Part shown: one piece after another, positions 25,301-37,900 of the stretch | How the letters are laid out: every line of letters starts with the position of its first letter | Position numbering within the stretch: the stretch's first letter is position 1 | Assembly (NCBI GenBank): GCA_051294905.1 | Contig: CM119371.1 | Coordinates: 41,232,001 to 41,296,000, forward strand | DNA length: 64,000 nt | Direction of reading: 5' to 3' | From: Botryllus schlosseri | Lineage: Eukaryota | Program-made: the position numbers and the translations under genes | Notes under the pieces: generated by a model | What the model was told of the DNA's origin: nothing | The model's input: only the letters and a program-made list of their open reading frames with translations | Databases searched by the model: none

Positions 25301-28300
25301 CGCCAACTCAAAGCGGGTCGCGGGCCACTTTTTAAATTTCGTAGCGGCCGCGGCCCGCATAAATTCAATATCGATATAAAGTGGGCAACCACCTTTTAAA
25401 ACTGTACGTAAGTACAACGCTGTTCTGCCTAAGATATGGGCAGTGGGTATAGTGACCACAAAAAAGTAATATTTTATTAAAGGAATAAAAATACAACAGA
25501 GGATCACTGTCATCAATTTCATTTTATTGTAAACTCCGAGCTGTGCACGATACCTAGAAACGCTTTTTAGGACTAGCGACATACGTAACTAGCTGAAAGA
25601 CCATCCCCACTTAAAGCTTAATCTTGTGGGTAAGCCCCAAGCCAGTGGTTCTCGAAACTTTTTAGACATGCCCCCCTATATGATACTGAAAAATTTCGCG
25701 GCCCCTTATCGTCATATAACAAAATGAATATATCGTCATATCACAAAATGAATACATCGTCATATCACAAAATGCATACATAATGTTGGCTATCCGAACA
25801 GATAGTTTGATGGTATGGAAGGTTATGAATGTTGATGAGAGAATTCTATAATATGAATTCCGTATTATATTCAGAGCACTAGCTATAGCTATGAATTCGA
25901 GGAAATCGCGCCGAGCCCATAAAAACTTTCAGTTGAACGCAGCTCCACGGCCCCTTCAGATGCTTTCAAGCCCTCATATGGGGGACTTACCCTCAGTTTT
26001 AGAACCACTGCCCAAAGCAGTTTTCTAAGTGTCTCGGTATTGGAAGTGTTATGGCCATTGCACGTCAATTACAGAAATTCAAAATATTTTCTCAAGGTTT
26101 CTTCCGAAATCACAAATCATGTCGCGGGCCGCGGTGGCCTCTGATTTAGAGTAAGTATGTCCATGCCCACATCTATTAATTGGAATCGAACTAAATTTGG
26201 TGTAGGCCACAGCGTTTTTTATGTAACATCACAATTTGATCAGTGAATCCGCGGAATCCAGAAAAAAAGTTATTCATGAACAACTCTGCTGTATACTAGA
26301 GGTGCTCAAAAATGACTTTTCTTCTCAAATTGCACTGGCTACTTGATAAAATTGTGAGGTTACCGAATTGAAGCCTCCACACCAAATTTGGTCCAATTCA
26401 GCCAGTAGCCACACTACTACAGCACTGGTTGCCAGTGAACTCGGCACCTGGTGAACTCGGCACCTTCAACTCGGCACTTGGTGAACTCGGCACTTCGTTT
26501 GACCGTAGATGCTGTGCGATCTCTATTGTTTCAAGTTTATGACAATACAATGTTCCCCATGACACCAATAAATGTTTCCCATGAACACATCGAAACTTAT
26601 GAAGGCCAAAATAATCAGTTTTTGCCTTCAAAGAAACGGATATTATAAATTAAATATCGCCCTTCAACTATATTTTGTTAGCAGGATGTTTCCCTAATGT
26701 CACCCTTCACCTTGCTCCTTATAAATTAAATATCGCCCTTTACCTATATTTTTTTAACAGGATGTTTCCCTAATGTCACCCTTCGACCTGCTCCTGACCA
26801 GCTACCTGTGACAAAATCACACCTTCCTATAAGTAATCAGCTAATACAAAATCAGTATTGTTGTGTTGTATTGAACTTATAAAATCTCTAATAAACCTTA
26901 CAGCTGAACTTATCAATAACTAATCAACTAATAAATAAAATATGTGAGCCGTTAACTCTTGAAAAGAGGCACCCGAAAAGTCTTCGAGTTCAATAAATAT
27001 TATTTTACAATGGATATTGTATTGAAAGCTATAAATAAAATACATATATTTTGCACGATTCTTGCATCTCCAAAGAATTGAGGCATGTTTTTTTTTTCAT
27101 CTTCCTGGTGAAGAACGATCGACTTTAGTCGTCAAACAGCATATCCCATCCTCTTTGCGATACACCCTCCAATATTTTATTAGTTGACTCGTCCGAGCAT
27201 GACATTTCAGAGTTGACCTGAGCAGCGGACACATCGGATAACGACGACTCAATGAGATCATCTTCCTGCAAACAAAATTTTAAGTTAAAATCTGATCACT
27301 CATATCGAATTAATTAGCACTATTCGACTTACCTGGTTGTTAAGATCGGCTACCGGTAGCGGACCCACTTCAATATCAACGGCATCTTCCTGCAAACAAA
27401 ATTTAGTTAAGATCTGATAGCTCACATCGAATTAATTAGCAATATTCGACTTACCTGGTTGTAAAGATCGACTACCAGTAGCGGCCCCACTTCAATCTCA
27501 ACGCATATGTCCAATTGTCCATGTCCATTGTCCATCGATTATATCAATCATTCCCTCTATCCGTCAAATTAGCAATACATGTACCGAGTAGACCAACACC
27601 GACATACGGCATTGTTGCGTCACAATACAAGCGCCGATTTCACCAGGTGCCGAGTTCACCAGGTGCCGAGTTCACTGGCAACCACAGCACTACTACAGCA
27701 TCGTTTCTATAGACAACCTAACTTCATGGGGTGAATAGAAAATTTTGAATTTTTTTTATTCATCGTAATATATTAAATAAAAACCTTTTTTCCCCGTATC
27801 AATGCGGCTACTGGTTGGAATTGAACGAAATTTCGTGTGCAGGCTTCAATTCGGTAACCTAACAATTTAATCAAGTAGCCAGTAGAATTTGAGAGAAAAA
27901 ATCATTTTTGAACACCCCTACTGTACACTGTGATCACTGCAAAGGCATTTGCTATTCTCGCGCTTATGGGAACGAAGTGATATTTCGCTATTTCTTTTTA
28001 TTCTCAAAATTTTTGTGATTCAGTGATTCTAATCCTAATCTACTTAAGAAAAGATGATAATTTAGTTTAAGTTGATAATTAAGTTTACCCGACCCTGATG
28101 CACAACACTAAAAGTTAATGACCGCTGATTTGCATTCTAGCAGTGTCGCAAGAAACCTGCTCACCTTGCAAGCCACCGTCAAAGACGCCGTGTAATTGTT
28201 CCGAAACGAGACAGAACCGATATTGGCCGTCCCAGTGCTCGGGAAAGAGACGTCCGTAACGATACATCCAGAGTGAAATTGAGAGTTCCCAATCGTGAGG

Positions 28301-28344
28301 GTCTGGGGCGCTTTTAAAGTGCACACTATCGGTTTTTGATCCAT
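22329..28344 (-). CDS. NICN1: Nicolin-1 homologue; exons 28344-28165, 24814-24725, 23487-23321, 22560-22329
   Basis: GT-AG sites give one continuous frame: MDQKPIVCTLK...FRNNYTASLTVACK / IKDANGKTSWKKVLKRKILMPNPHIENKGQ / SKFVL...LRLVMMQPSPCWHAF...TMPR / WLL...GLPDP...GRFDIDGCYEINLLSYAQN. This is colinear with vertebrate NICN1 motifs as recalled (FKNYYTA, LMPDPH, LRQPSPLW, GRFDVDGCYDLNLLSY). Confidence 0.93.
23788..24580 (-). mobile_element. Decayed hAT element fragment in NICN1 intron 2
   Basis: 23790-24190 is the reverse complement of about 34920-35370 and encodes a CQPTNAAVER-type transposase C-terminus. Boundaries approximate. Confidence 0.65.
25643..26010. mobile_element. hAT/Charlie-type MITE nested in an older hAT fragment starting at ~25294
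   Basis: TIR cagtggttct / agaaccactg; TSD ccccaagc / cccaaagc; internal 23-bp tandem repeat at 25710-25780. Confidence 0.8.
26297..27920. mobile_element. Long-TIR palindromic hAT-type element, interrupted by a Mutator-like insertion
   Basis: Ends tagaggtgctcaaaaatga / tcatttttgaacaccccta, arms >100 bp, TSD ctgtatac / ctgtacac. Same family as 30383-30854 and 37921-38560. Confidence 0.8.
26427..27683 (-). mobile_element. Mutator-like (MULE) deletion derivative with a spliced FLYWCH-type remnant
   Basis: Perfect TIR ggttgccagtgaactcggcacctggtgaactcggcacc and TSD acagcact. Minus-strand exons give ...EDAVDIEVGPLPVADLNNQ / EDDLIE...GVSQRGWDMLFDD* and, after a frameshift, ILWRCKNRAK. Confidence 0.75.
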
Positions 28345-28379
28345 GTTTTAATGAGAGACTATTTTTCCAGGAATATAAA

Positions 28380-28900
28380 AAAATTCACAATCTGTATGAA
28401 TTTCAGACACGAAATTTTTTAATTTTCAAATTTATTTTTCAAATTTTTTTCAAAATCCAAAAACTTGTAATTACGAATCTGTGTCAATCTTCAAACTGTA
28501 TTTTTCGGTTATCTCTCAAATTTTATCAAGAATCCAAAAACTGAAAAACTTCCAATCTGTGTCAATCTCAGGAACGATTTGGTTCGATTTTTTATTTATT
28601 TCTAAAATTTTTATCAAGAATCCAAAAACTGCAAAAAATGCCAATCTGTGTCAATCTCAAACACGATTTGTTTCAACCTATGTCGCGAGTTTAATTTATT
28701 GTTGTTTAGATATTCTTCAATTTTACTCAAAACCCCTAAAACTTGAAATTACCAATCTATGTCACTTTCAGACACGATTTTTTATATATTTGTTCCAATT
28801 TTATCCTGAATGCAAAAAATTGAAATTACCAAGCTGCGTCAATCTACAAGGAGTGAAAAATTCTTTTTTTTATCAATTTTTCATTCAAATTTGTATTCAA
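28380..28900 (+). repeat. Degenerate ~60-80-bp tandem repeat between two genes
   Basis: Recurring aatctgtgtcaatct...acacgattt...tcaagaatccaaaaact. Confidence 0.75.
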
Positions 28901-28908
28901 AAATAGCC

Positions 28909-31900
28909 CTAGTACCTCCTCATTTGCCGTGAGCTAGACTGAAACAAGTCCGGCCTGGGGCTTGTGGTCGGGTGCCTCGTCACTGGTTGCGCGGGGCCTT
29001 GATTTTGTGAAAGGGGCGCCAAGGGCAATTGCGAAGTTTGCCCCGGATACTGTCTCGGATAGCGTCCGTACCGATCTCTGCCGCTGGCGTACCCTTGCTG
29101 AAACTCCGTTGGGGGGTAGGGATACTCTGGGTTTCGATCGTAAGGAGGGTAAGGGTATCCGCCTCTCGCGAATTGATTGCCCTCGCGACAGTTGATAGTA
29201 CAGCACAGGCAAGATATTTCGCCGCAGTCCGGCGTCTGGCAGCTTACGGCGGGGCACGTACAGAAACCGCTGAGACAGTCCGTGCAGCCACTGCAGTCCA
29301 CACACTGACAAAATGTAAACTCACTTAAAGTGATGAAAATTTTCGTGAAATTATGATATGATTTGGTGGTTATGCATGCATGGGAATTTACTCTTAAATT
29401 ACTCTTGATGCGAAAGCTTATATTTCCATTAGAAGAGCTTCTTGGAGTCACAGAACTCCAATATACAAATGAATAGTATATTCATATTGAAACCAGCATA
29501 TTTCCAGCTGACACTCGTCAGGGGTAATCGTCAGCAACTAGTACCCTTGGCACTCAAGTTGGTGTCAACAGAAGGAATTAATGTACCATCTAAAATTAAT
29601 ACATTGAGCTTAAGCTCTCTCTACCCCCATTATCCGAAATTTCATGCCGGTGACGTCATATTTTGTGATACGATTGTTGGTATACAATGTTCTCTCCAAT
29701 TCTCTATTAGTCGCTGACGATTACCTCTGACGAGCGTCAGCTACTATTCAATTGTATATTTCAATACCTTGAAAAAAATCCAACTTTCAATATTCGATTC
29801 GAATCATTACAATTGATACTAGACTTGGATTTGAGTTATGCACAGGCCTACGATGAAACTCATGCCGATAAAATAATAAAATTAGTGATGGAAATGAATA
29901 TCGTTCGACTGCTGCAAGTGATAATGCAACAGAAAGGTATGCAATACGACTAGCATGGCTGTCTGCTGATAGAAAGTGCCGATGTTGGGTGAAATGAGTC
30001 CGGAATCACACGTTTTTTCCCATTCGAAACAATTTTGCATGCCGTCTGTGAAATTTACGCACCAAAGATGAATTTTGAAAATTAATAGACTTTACTGCTA
30101 AGTTGCCCATCAAGTTGTTGCAGAGATTATACAGTAAACCGTACCGAACAACTTAGTAACCGTCGATTCGAAAATAGTTACCTTTCTGATATGCGCTAAC
30201 AGACTCGGATAACTAGGTAATTTCAATTAGTCTAATTCGAGCCAGTGATTTAATGCTAATCACATGATTTGTGAAATGTTTCCATGCTCTAATTTTAATC
30301 AAATTTTAATTAATGCTTTTCCTGAACATAAAACAAGAGTACTGTATACGGTAGTTCGAAACCAGCCAAGCTTGCTGTACAGTAGGGCTGTTCATAAACA
30401 ATTTTTTCTTTCAAATTTCACAGGCTACGTGATAAAATTATCATGTTGGCTAAAACAGCGCTACACACCAAATTTGGTTCAATCCCAACCAGTAGAAGTG
30501 AGGTTATTGCAGTAAAAAAATTTGGATTCGAATAAAATAGTATTTACGGTGACTACGGTAACTCTTTCATTATTGATTATAAAATCATGGAATCAGAAAT
30601 TTTTCTACTGCAATAACTTCGCTTCTAGTGGTTGGAATTGACCGAGTTTGGTGTGCATCATCTCTACTGACAGCCCAACAATTTTATGAATTTTATCTTT
30701 TATATAAAAAATCCAATACATTCGACTGCAAGAACCTCGCTTCTACTGGTTGGGATTGAGCCAAATTTGGTGTGTAGCACTGTTTTAGCCAACATAATAA
30801 TTTTATCGCATAGCCAGTGAAATCTGGGGAAAAAGTTTTTTTTTATCAGCCCTACTGTACAGACACTTGCCATTCTCGTGCATATGATACCGAACTCTGA
30901 ATTGATATGAAATAAGCCTGATTTTTGTTGATTTTCTTCCGGGTTGGGAATTTAGGGGCTAATTCTCTTTTCAAGTTTTTCTGCTAATTCCGTCATTCTA
31001 ATTCATATCTAATTTGATTCACAGGATTCGCAAATACGTGGAAATTGAATAGAACTCCTAATTAAAGTTCATTTTTGTATCAATCAATGTCTTCACATCA
31101 AGCTTGCCTCATTTAGCACTGTACAGCTCTCTTGTAGCATTTTCAGCAAAACCGGTAATCAGGACGGAATTAAAATCGGAGCATAGAAATATTTCGTAAA
31201 TTAGATCATTAAATTAGCTTCGATCTGTCCAATTAGACATTCAGAATAACCTGGTTGCTCAAGTCGTACAGTGAAAGACCTCAGTAAGTGGCAGCCTCTA
31301 GTATTCATACACGTATATTGTAGTACATGTTTCGATTCAGATTGAAAACACGGAATCAGCCATTTTTTCCCAACACCGGCACATAACATAACATCTACCA
31401 CATGGGGCGCATGCACGAAATCATTACTACCGCTAGAATTACCACGATCCAAGACCAGACTTTAACCCTTTGTGGACTGAATATATTCTCTATGGTTGGA
31501 AAAATTATTTCTATGCGTAACTTTAATTGTTTCACCTAAACTTAAACATTGGTCAACAAAATTTAAATTTTTCTTTTATTATTTATTATTTTGAATGTTT
31601 GTCGCAAATTTGCGACATCAGGCTTTCGCGACAAAAATCGAAACCAAACACGTCAATTATGACAATTGAAATTACTGGTCAAAATTAGCAAAGCAGTTAT
31701 AGTTTTTGTTCAGGCACAGCTGTACATGACATTTGACACATTTTATAGCAGGTTGTTCTTCATAGGTATGTCACTTGCATCTCTGCCTGGTGTCCATGGA
31801 AGGGGTGTGACCCACTTGGTCACGTTGGGGTGGGCTTTGTTGGTCCTCTTTTCCTTTTTTATCATACTCCTGTTGGATACAGAGAGATGCCCTCCATCTT

Positions 31901-34900
31901 TTCCCCCTGTCACTAATTTTCCGTACTTTACCAGGTATTCTGCATATAATTTGGAGCAAGCAGACATTTTTGCATCTGTTTCGGAAATTGCACAAAAACA
32001 CAGTTCCGTCTGTACATCAATCAACTATTGGCGACAGCAAGATCAACCAAATGATGTACAATTACATGTATAGTATGTTTTTGAGCGGATACATGTTCTG
32101 TAATAAGCCAAATAGGCATCCAGAAGATCAACGTCCCCCATAAATGAATTGTACTGTTCGGCAATAAATGGATAGTCGACCTGTGAGCGTTACTTCGTTT
32201 CCGGTCCCATCTTTCAATTTTACTTCGTTTCCGGTCCCATCTTTCAATTTTACTAACAAGATTTGCTTTGACAAAGGTACTGGCAAGTATAACACTGCGA
32301 TTGTCATACCACTTTACTGCCGAAATACTAACGCCGTTCCGAGAAACCTCCTTTACTTCAAATCTCACTCTCCTTGTCCTGAAGTCTGTGCCATTACTGA
32401 ATTGACAGCCACACAGTATGTTTGATCGCACAGTTCCTACTGCAAAAAATCACATGTGAGATGAACTATGAGCAAGAAAGATTTGATCTGCTTCCATCGA
32501 TCTCGGGACATGATGTCCGAAACTTTATCATATCTAGTATCATTGGCCCATTACCTATAGGATCTTGGCATTTTCACGATAGAAATATGCATGCAACATC
32601 CTAAGTCTTTTTCAATATCATCTCCAGTCATATGTATTGCCTTCGTTGGATTAGTTTGAACGGCAAATAAATTCCTTTCATTAACAATCCAGTCCAGCAA
32701 TTCCGCTCCAACAAAATATTCGAAATATGTGTGCGGAGAAGAAATAGAGTACAGTCACTGTCAAGCAATTCTGCCTTCCATATAGGAAAATAGTAGCCAG
32801 GGATCTTTCCACCTTGAATTGTTTTCCATATAGGTTTTCGTTTCGATTCATGCGGTGTACATGCAATTGACCCGGTGTTTTCCCTTTCTCTACTTTTGAA
32901 AACACGATTGAGGAATCTTCATCTGATTCATCGGGAGAAGAGGATTCATCCGAACTCATTTATCACATAGCAGCAGAAGTTGCTGCAGTAGAACATTCTT
33001 CATCGTCAGAATCACTGCCACCATCTTTACTGCCTTTCCAGTTTACCGTCACTTGATGAGTGATTTTTCCCCATAACAACATCTGGTATCCATTTTTGCA
33101 ACAGCAATTTCTGATTGAAATTATTGAGAATATTTGTTACCTTTTTAGCACTATTCTAGAAGTTAGTTTACATATTCGTTGTCATTATGTGATGTATCAA
33201 GGCATGCACTTTCTTGACTCGTGAAGTTGGTGAATCTGTTCCCCTCTTTTCTCACGTAAATACCCATTCCATATGGGAATATTTCAGTAGTAGGAATGTT
33301 GTCAGAATTTACCAACAAAGGGCTAATGATGCAAATTCGCATCACTCCCCATTTTCAACTTTGCCGAGAAGAATTACACATTATTGATCCAAAACACTTC
33401 TGGCTATGTGATTTATGGTGTAAAGAATCCTATACATATTTTTCTGAACGAATATACTCTCCAAATCATTCGACCGCGGAGCAACAAAGAACGTGGGTCC
33501 ACTGACTTCACTCAGACATGCCAATGCAATAAACAACGTCCGGGACACCCACCTTTCACTCCAAACACTCTATTTCAAAAGGCGCCAAAGGAAAGTTCGG
33601 AATGTGTACTTTCTGCGACGGTCGTCGTGGCCGTGTTAAGTATGCGTGAACTCAGCACAAAATGATGTAATTCGGTATGTACCGAATTTGTTACGCTCGT
33701 CCACAAAGGGTTAAAATCTTGGGCACACACAGCGGACAAAACTAACGTGAGTGCGTGCTCGGCAATTAGGCAGTGCGTCGTGGAGGAAGTGATAAATTAC
33801 AACAATTTACGAACCGGCTACCGGATCTGGTCAAGTACGGCAGCCGCACCAGATCAACCCTCCACACCGAAAGCCTGACGAGAAAAACTATTCAAAACCT
33901 TCAAAGTACAAGACTACATCAAACAGCCCAGAGTTTCTGTAGACTCACGGCTGGTGATCACAGTAAGTCTTGTGTCCGCACGTTTTTTGGTCACCAGTAA
34001 GTGTCCTTTTTAGTCAAGAGATAATCCAATCAGAATGTCAAGCAGAAAAGAGTATAAAAATGCATTTTAGGCGCTACAAATTACATTAAAAAGTTCATCG
34101 CTTGTTAGTATTTAGAAATCTTGACATCATATATTTACACTACTGACGTCACACTAGTCACAGAATGCATATTTACTTACTAGGCTGAGTCTGAGTCAAA
34201 TTATAAAAGATTGACTCGCGACTCGGAACCTCGCGACTTGAAAGGCTGTGAACCACGATAGGCGGTATCGCCGCCTAAGAAATATGTAGTACGACGCTAG
34301 TACGTTACTGGAAATGTCATATCTGTTAAGTCATCGTCAACTCACAGCATTGTCACAAAGGTATGCTCGAAAAAATGCCGAATCATCCTTAACGTGACGT
34401 CGAACTGGTATTATATTCTTTCTGGCCGCTTAAAAGGTACATAATTTGAACTTTCAATGACATTCATACTCTTGTGACGCCGTCATGATTGATACTCGTA
34501 CTCGAACTCAGACTCGGGACTCAATTTCGCACAGCTCTAGTGATGGACAATGCATCCACAAAATGTCTGCATTTTTGTAGCAAATAAATAGGGCGAATTT
34601 TGTTGACATGTTAAAATTGTAGCGTTAGGTCGAAATTGTTTACAAAGTAAAAATTTTTTGGACTTATACATTTCGTTTGTATCGTAGATTTTGCAGGGTC
34701 CGTGAACTTATCATTTGATATTTTACAGCTTGTAGCCTACTTTACAGGCCTGGTGTTAACGTGGTGTTACGCTCAACGTAACGCAATATCCTAACTGAAG
34801 AAAGACTTCCTGGGCATTGCATGGTTCTCACGTCAAGAAGCGCATGATGAAAAATTGTGAGGCTGACAACATTGTCAGATTGAAGCAACACGGTTTGTCA

Positions 34901-37900
34901 CCAGCAGTGAACGCACAGCTTCAGTGTTGTCAGCCAACAGCTGCTGCTGTTGAACGTTTTTCTTCATTCTCGGCAAGCTACTTAGTGAGGACAGACACTT
35001 TCTACCCGAGAATGTAGAAAAGAATCTCTCGTTGTACTACAACATATTTTATTCATTTTTACCATAATGCGTAATTTAACTACTGGAAATCTTCATAGGG
35101 CCAGATTTCGTTAAAATATTACTTTTTTCATGTAAAAATTTGTCTGTTTTTGAGCCAAAAACGTTTTTTCAGGGCAAACTACTTCGTTAGGACAGCCAGT
35201 TCCAACCAGAAATGAAGATAAGTGGCTAAAATTGTAACAGTATGTTGGAAAACACCTAATTTGCATACGTTAGTTCAAAATTTGGTCAAAATTCAGAATG
35301 TTTAGGTAAAAAAAAGTCAAAATTTTGATTTTTTAGGTCAAAATTTTCCATTTTTCAAGTAAAAAAATATCGCCCTACAGATAAGACTTCAAGACCTGCC
35401 ATGATCTAGTAAGGAAAAGAATACAAAGGACAAATCCATTCGTAAATTCGCGAAGAAAGCTCTAATACAGTCACACTTCACACACTACCATAGACAGACA
35501 CTACAAATCTACAGGCTACCGTTAGCGGAACCATCGTGTAGCGAAACTAATCCACTAATCACTACACTCTGCAACCTTACTGTTCACCTTATGACAACTG
35601 AATCTCGCAACAGAGACAGTTGATTCGAGTGCAATCTGGCCCTTGACAGGCGCACGCGCATTCGATGCAGCCCTGGAATCGTGGAGCGGTTTAAAACAAG
35701 GTGATACCCAACATATCAGGGTCGGATCAAGACTGTGTTGACATTGATGCGTTATTTTCAAGTTTCACCCATTCAGAATGTAGATAAAAATATCATAATG
35801 ATGTCAATGTAGCTAAAGTTTGATATTTTCGAATGGGCGCTTTAAATATGATGTCGTATATATTCAGAATAGGCCTTTCAAAATAAATACACTATGAATA
35901 CTAAATATTGATGGCAGCTAAATTTTGGTAATTTCAAAGTTACACTGCGATTTGAATATGATGTGATATCACATTCAGAATAAAATATATATAGCACAGT
36001 GTCCACTAAATATTGACTTTAATGCGGTTAAAGATTTATATTTTCAATGGGGTGCTTTAAATATGATGTGGTCTGACATTCAGAAGATCAATATAGACAT
36101 CTAACTATAAATATGACTACTAAATCTTGTTGTTAATGCAGCTAAAGTTTGATATCTTTAAAGGGGCAATGCATCTAAATAGGACGTGATCTCAAATCAA
36201 GGTTGGAATGCGACCCATTTTCCACAGAAAGTCACCGTATTCGAACTGCAGCTAACTGATTTTCTGTGGCATCAAGGTCCGTCTTATGTCATCGCTTCTT
36301 AACCCTTCGCGGAATTTTTCCGGCACACACTTATTCATTGTTGCATTTTCTCAACGAGATCAAGCACCAGGCAGAGAATGAATTTATGTTCTGAAGGAAC
36401 TGTGGTTCAGTTACGAAAAGTAGGGCGGGCCTGCACGTTTGGTACCGACACTCAACGACAAAGTTAAGCCTGGTATATTTGTGTGTGAGCTATTGATTGA
36501 ATGCATGGAATTATCGATGAGATTTTAATTGATTTTCGACCCTGCTTAATCGATATTCAATTTGCTGGAAATTGTCCATAATCTTAACCCAATCATATGT
36601 AGTAAACCTCCGTGTGCATTCACAATCAGATTTATGAGATCTAGGCAGATGCACGATGAATTATCTTATCAGTATTTTATTGAGTTGCTATGACAACCAT
36701 CAAAACATCTGTCATAGAATTCACTATGGGTTAAGCTAAAACAAAAATTTGAACCATCTAGAAAAAATTATTTTACTCGTAGGCTACTGCATATCAAAGA
36801 TCTGCTTCAATAAACTGGGTTTCATATCCTCCTAATTGCGAATATTAGGTATCTAGATTGATGTACATAAATATATAATAGGGATAAAGTGTCTTCTAAC
36901 CATAAAGACAAATTTTAACCCCAGTATAAAATTCAAAGCCACCCTAAAACACCTTACTCATTCGGTTTACAACTAATAACATGATCACTACAATTGAAAT
37001 TAATTTCGTTCAAACACCCAGACAGCGGCATTGTCAAAAATAGTAGGCTTGGAATGACGAACTATTTCATTGCGCAACGGCAGAATAACTTTACTCGTGA
37101 AATTTATAAGGCATGGCGGAAATACTACTCTATTGCAAGTAACACCCACCATCCCACCTGAAATATCGGTCAAAAATTGAAATTTATGAAGAATTAATCA
37201 CAATCAAATCGACCTTTTTATTATAATCGAAAATGAGTGGTAACTTACACCGGATGGTTCTCCCGTGCAGCACGCGCACGTCAGACAGTCTCCCAAGTCG
37301 GTGCGCTGTAAAATATTATTAGATTGTAAATATATAATATTATTATAAATATAGCATAAAAAAGAATTCATGGTCTTAGTGAAAATGCAACAGGGCTGCA
37401 TAGTGCAAAACAAGCCAGGCTTTCTGTACAGACATTTGCAATCCTTATGCTTATGAGGATGAATTCTGATATGATATAAACTGAGCTAAAGTTTTCTCGA
37501 ATTCACTAATTATAATTTTAATCCAATTTGGAAAAAGCTGTGTACGTTATCTATAATTACAATTCTAATCTTACTGTAATTATCTATGTATAATGCGCAA
37601 AATTTTACCGATTTTCTGCCCTAAAATAAGGGGTGCGTATTATGCATAGGTGCAACAAGCCTTGAAAAAAATCTCCCTCGATAAAAAACTTGAAATCACG
37701 CCTTTCTCCATGTTTTTTCCAATCGCGCATCACTTCCAGCCATCGTGCCCAGTAATTCGTATTATCAGTGTAACGCGCCGCCAATTAGCGAGACGCGTGT
37801 TTCCAACTAACCAGAGTCGTCTGCACAGCACGCGATCTCATGCTGAGTTAGTTTGCCTTTGGACGCGAGCGAAATCAGCTCATTGATTGCGTTCATTGCG

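Noticed and set aside
28909..29451. 180-aa ORF as a stand-alone gene
   Set aside because: Its first ~49 codons are intron and pLTR sequence; the real exon starts at the ttttgtcag acceptor (29304).
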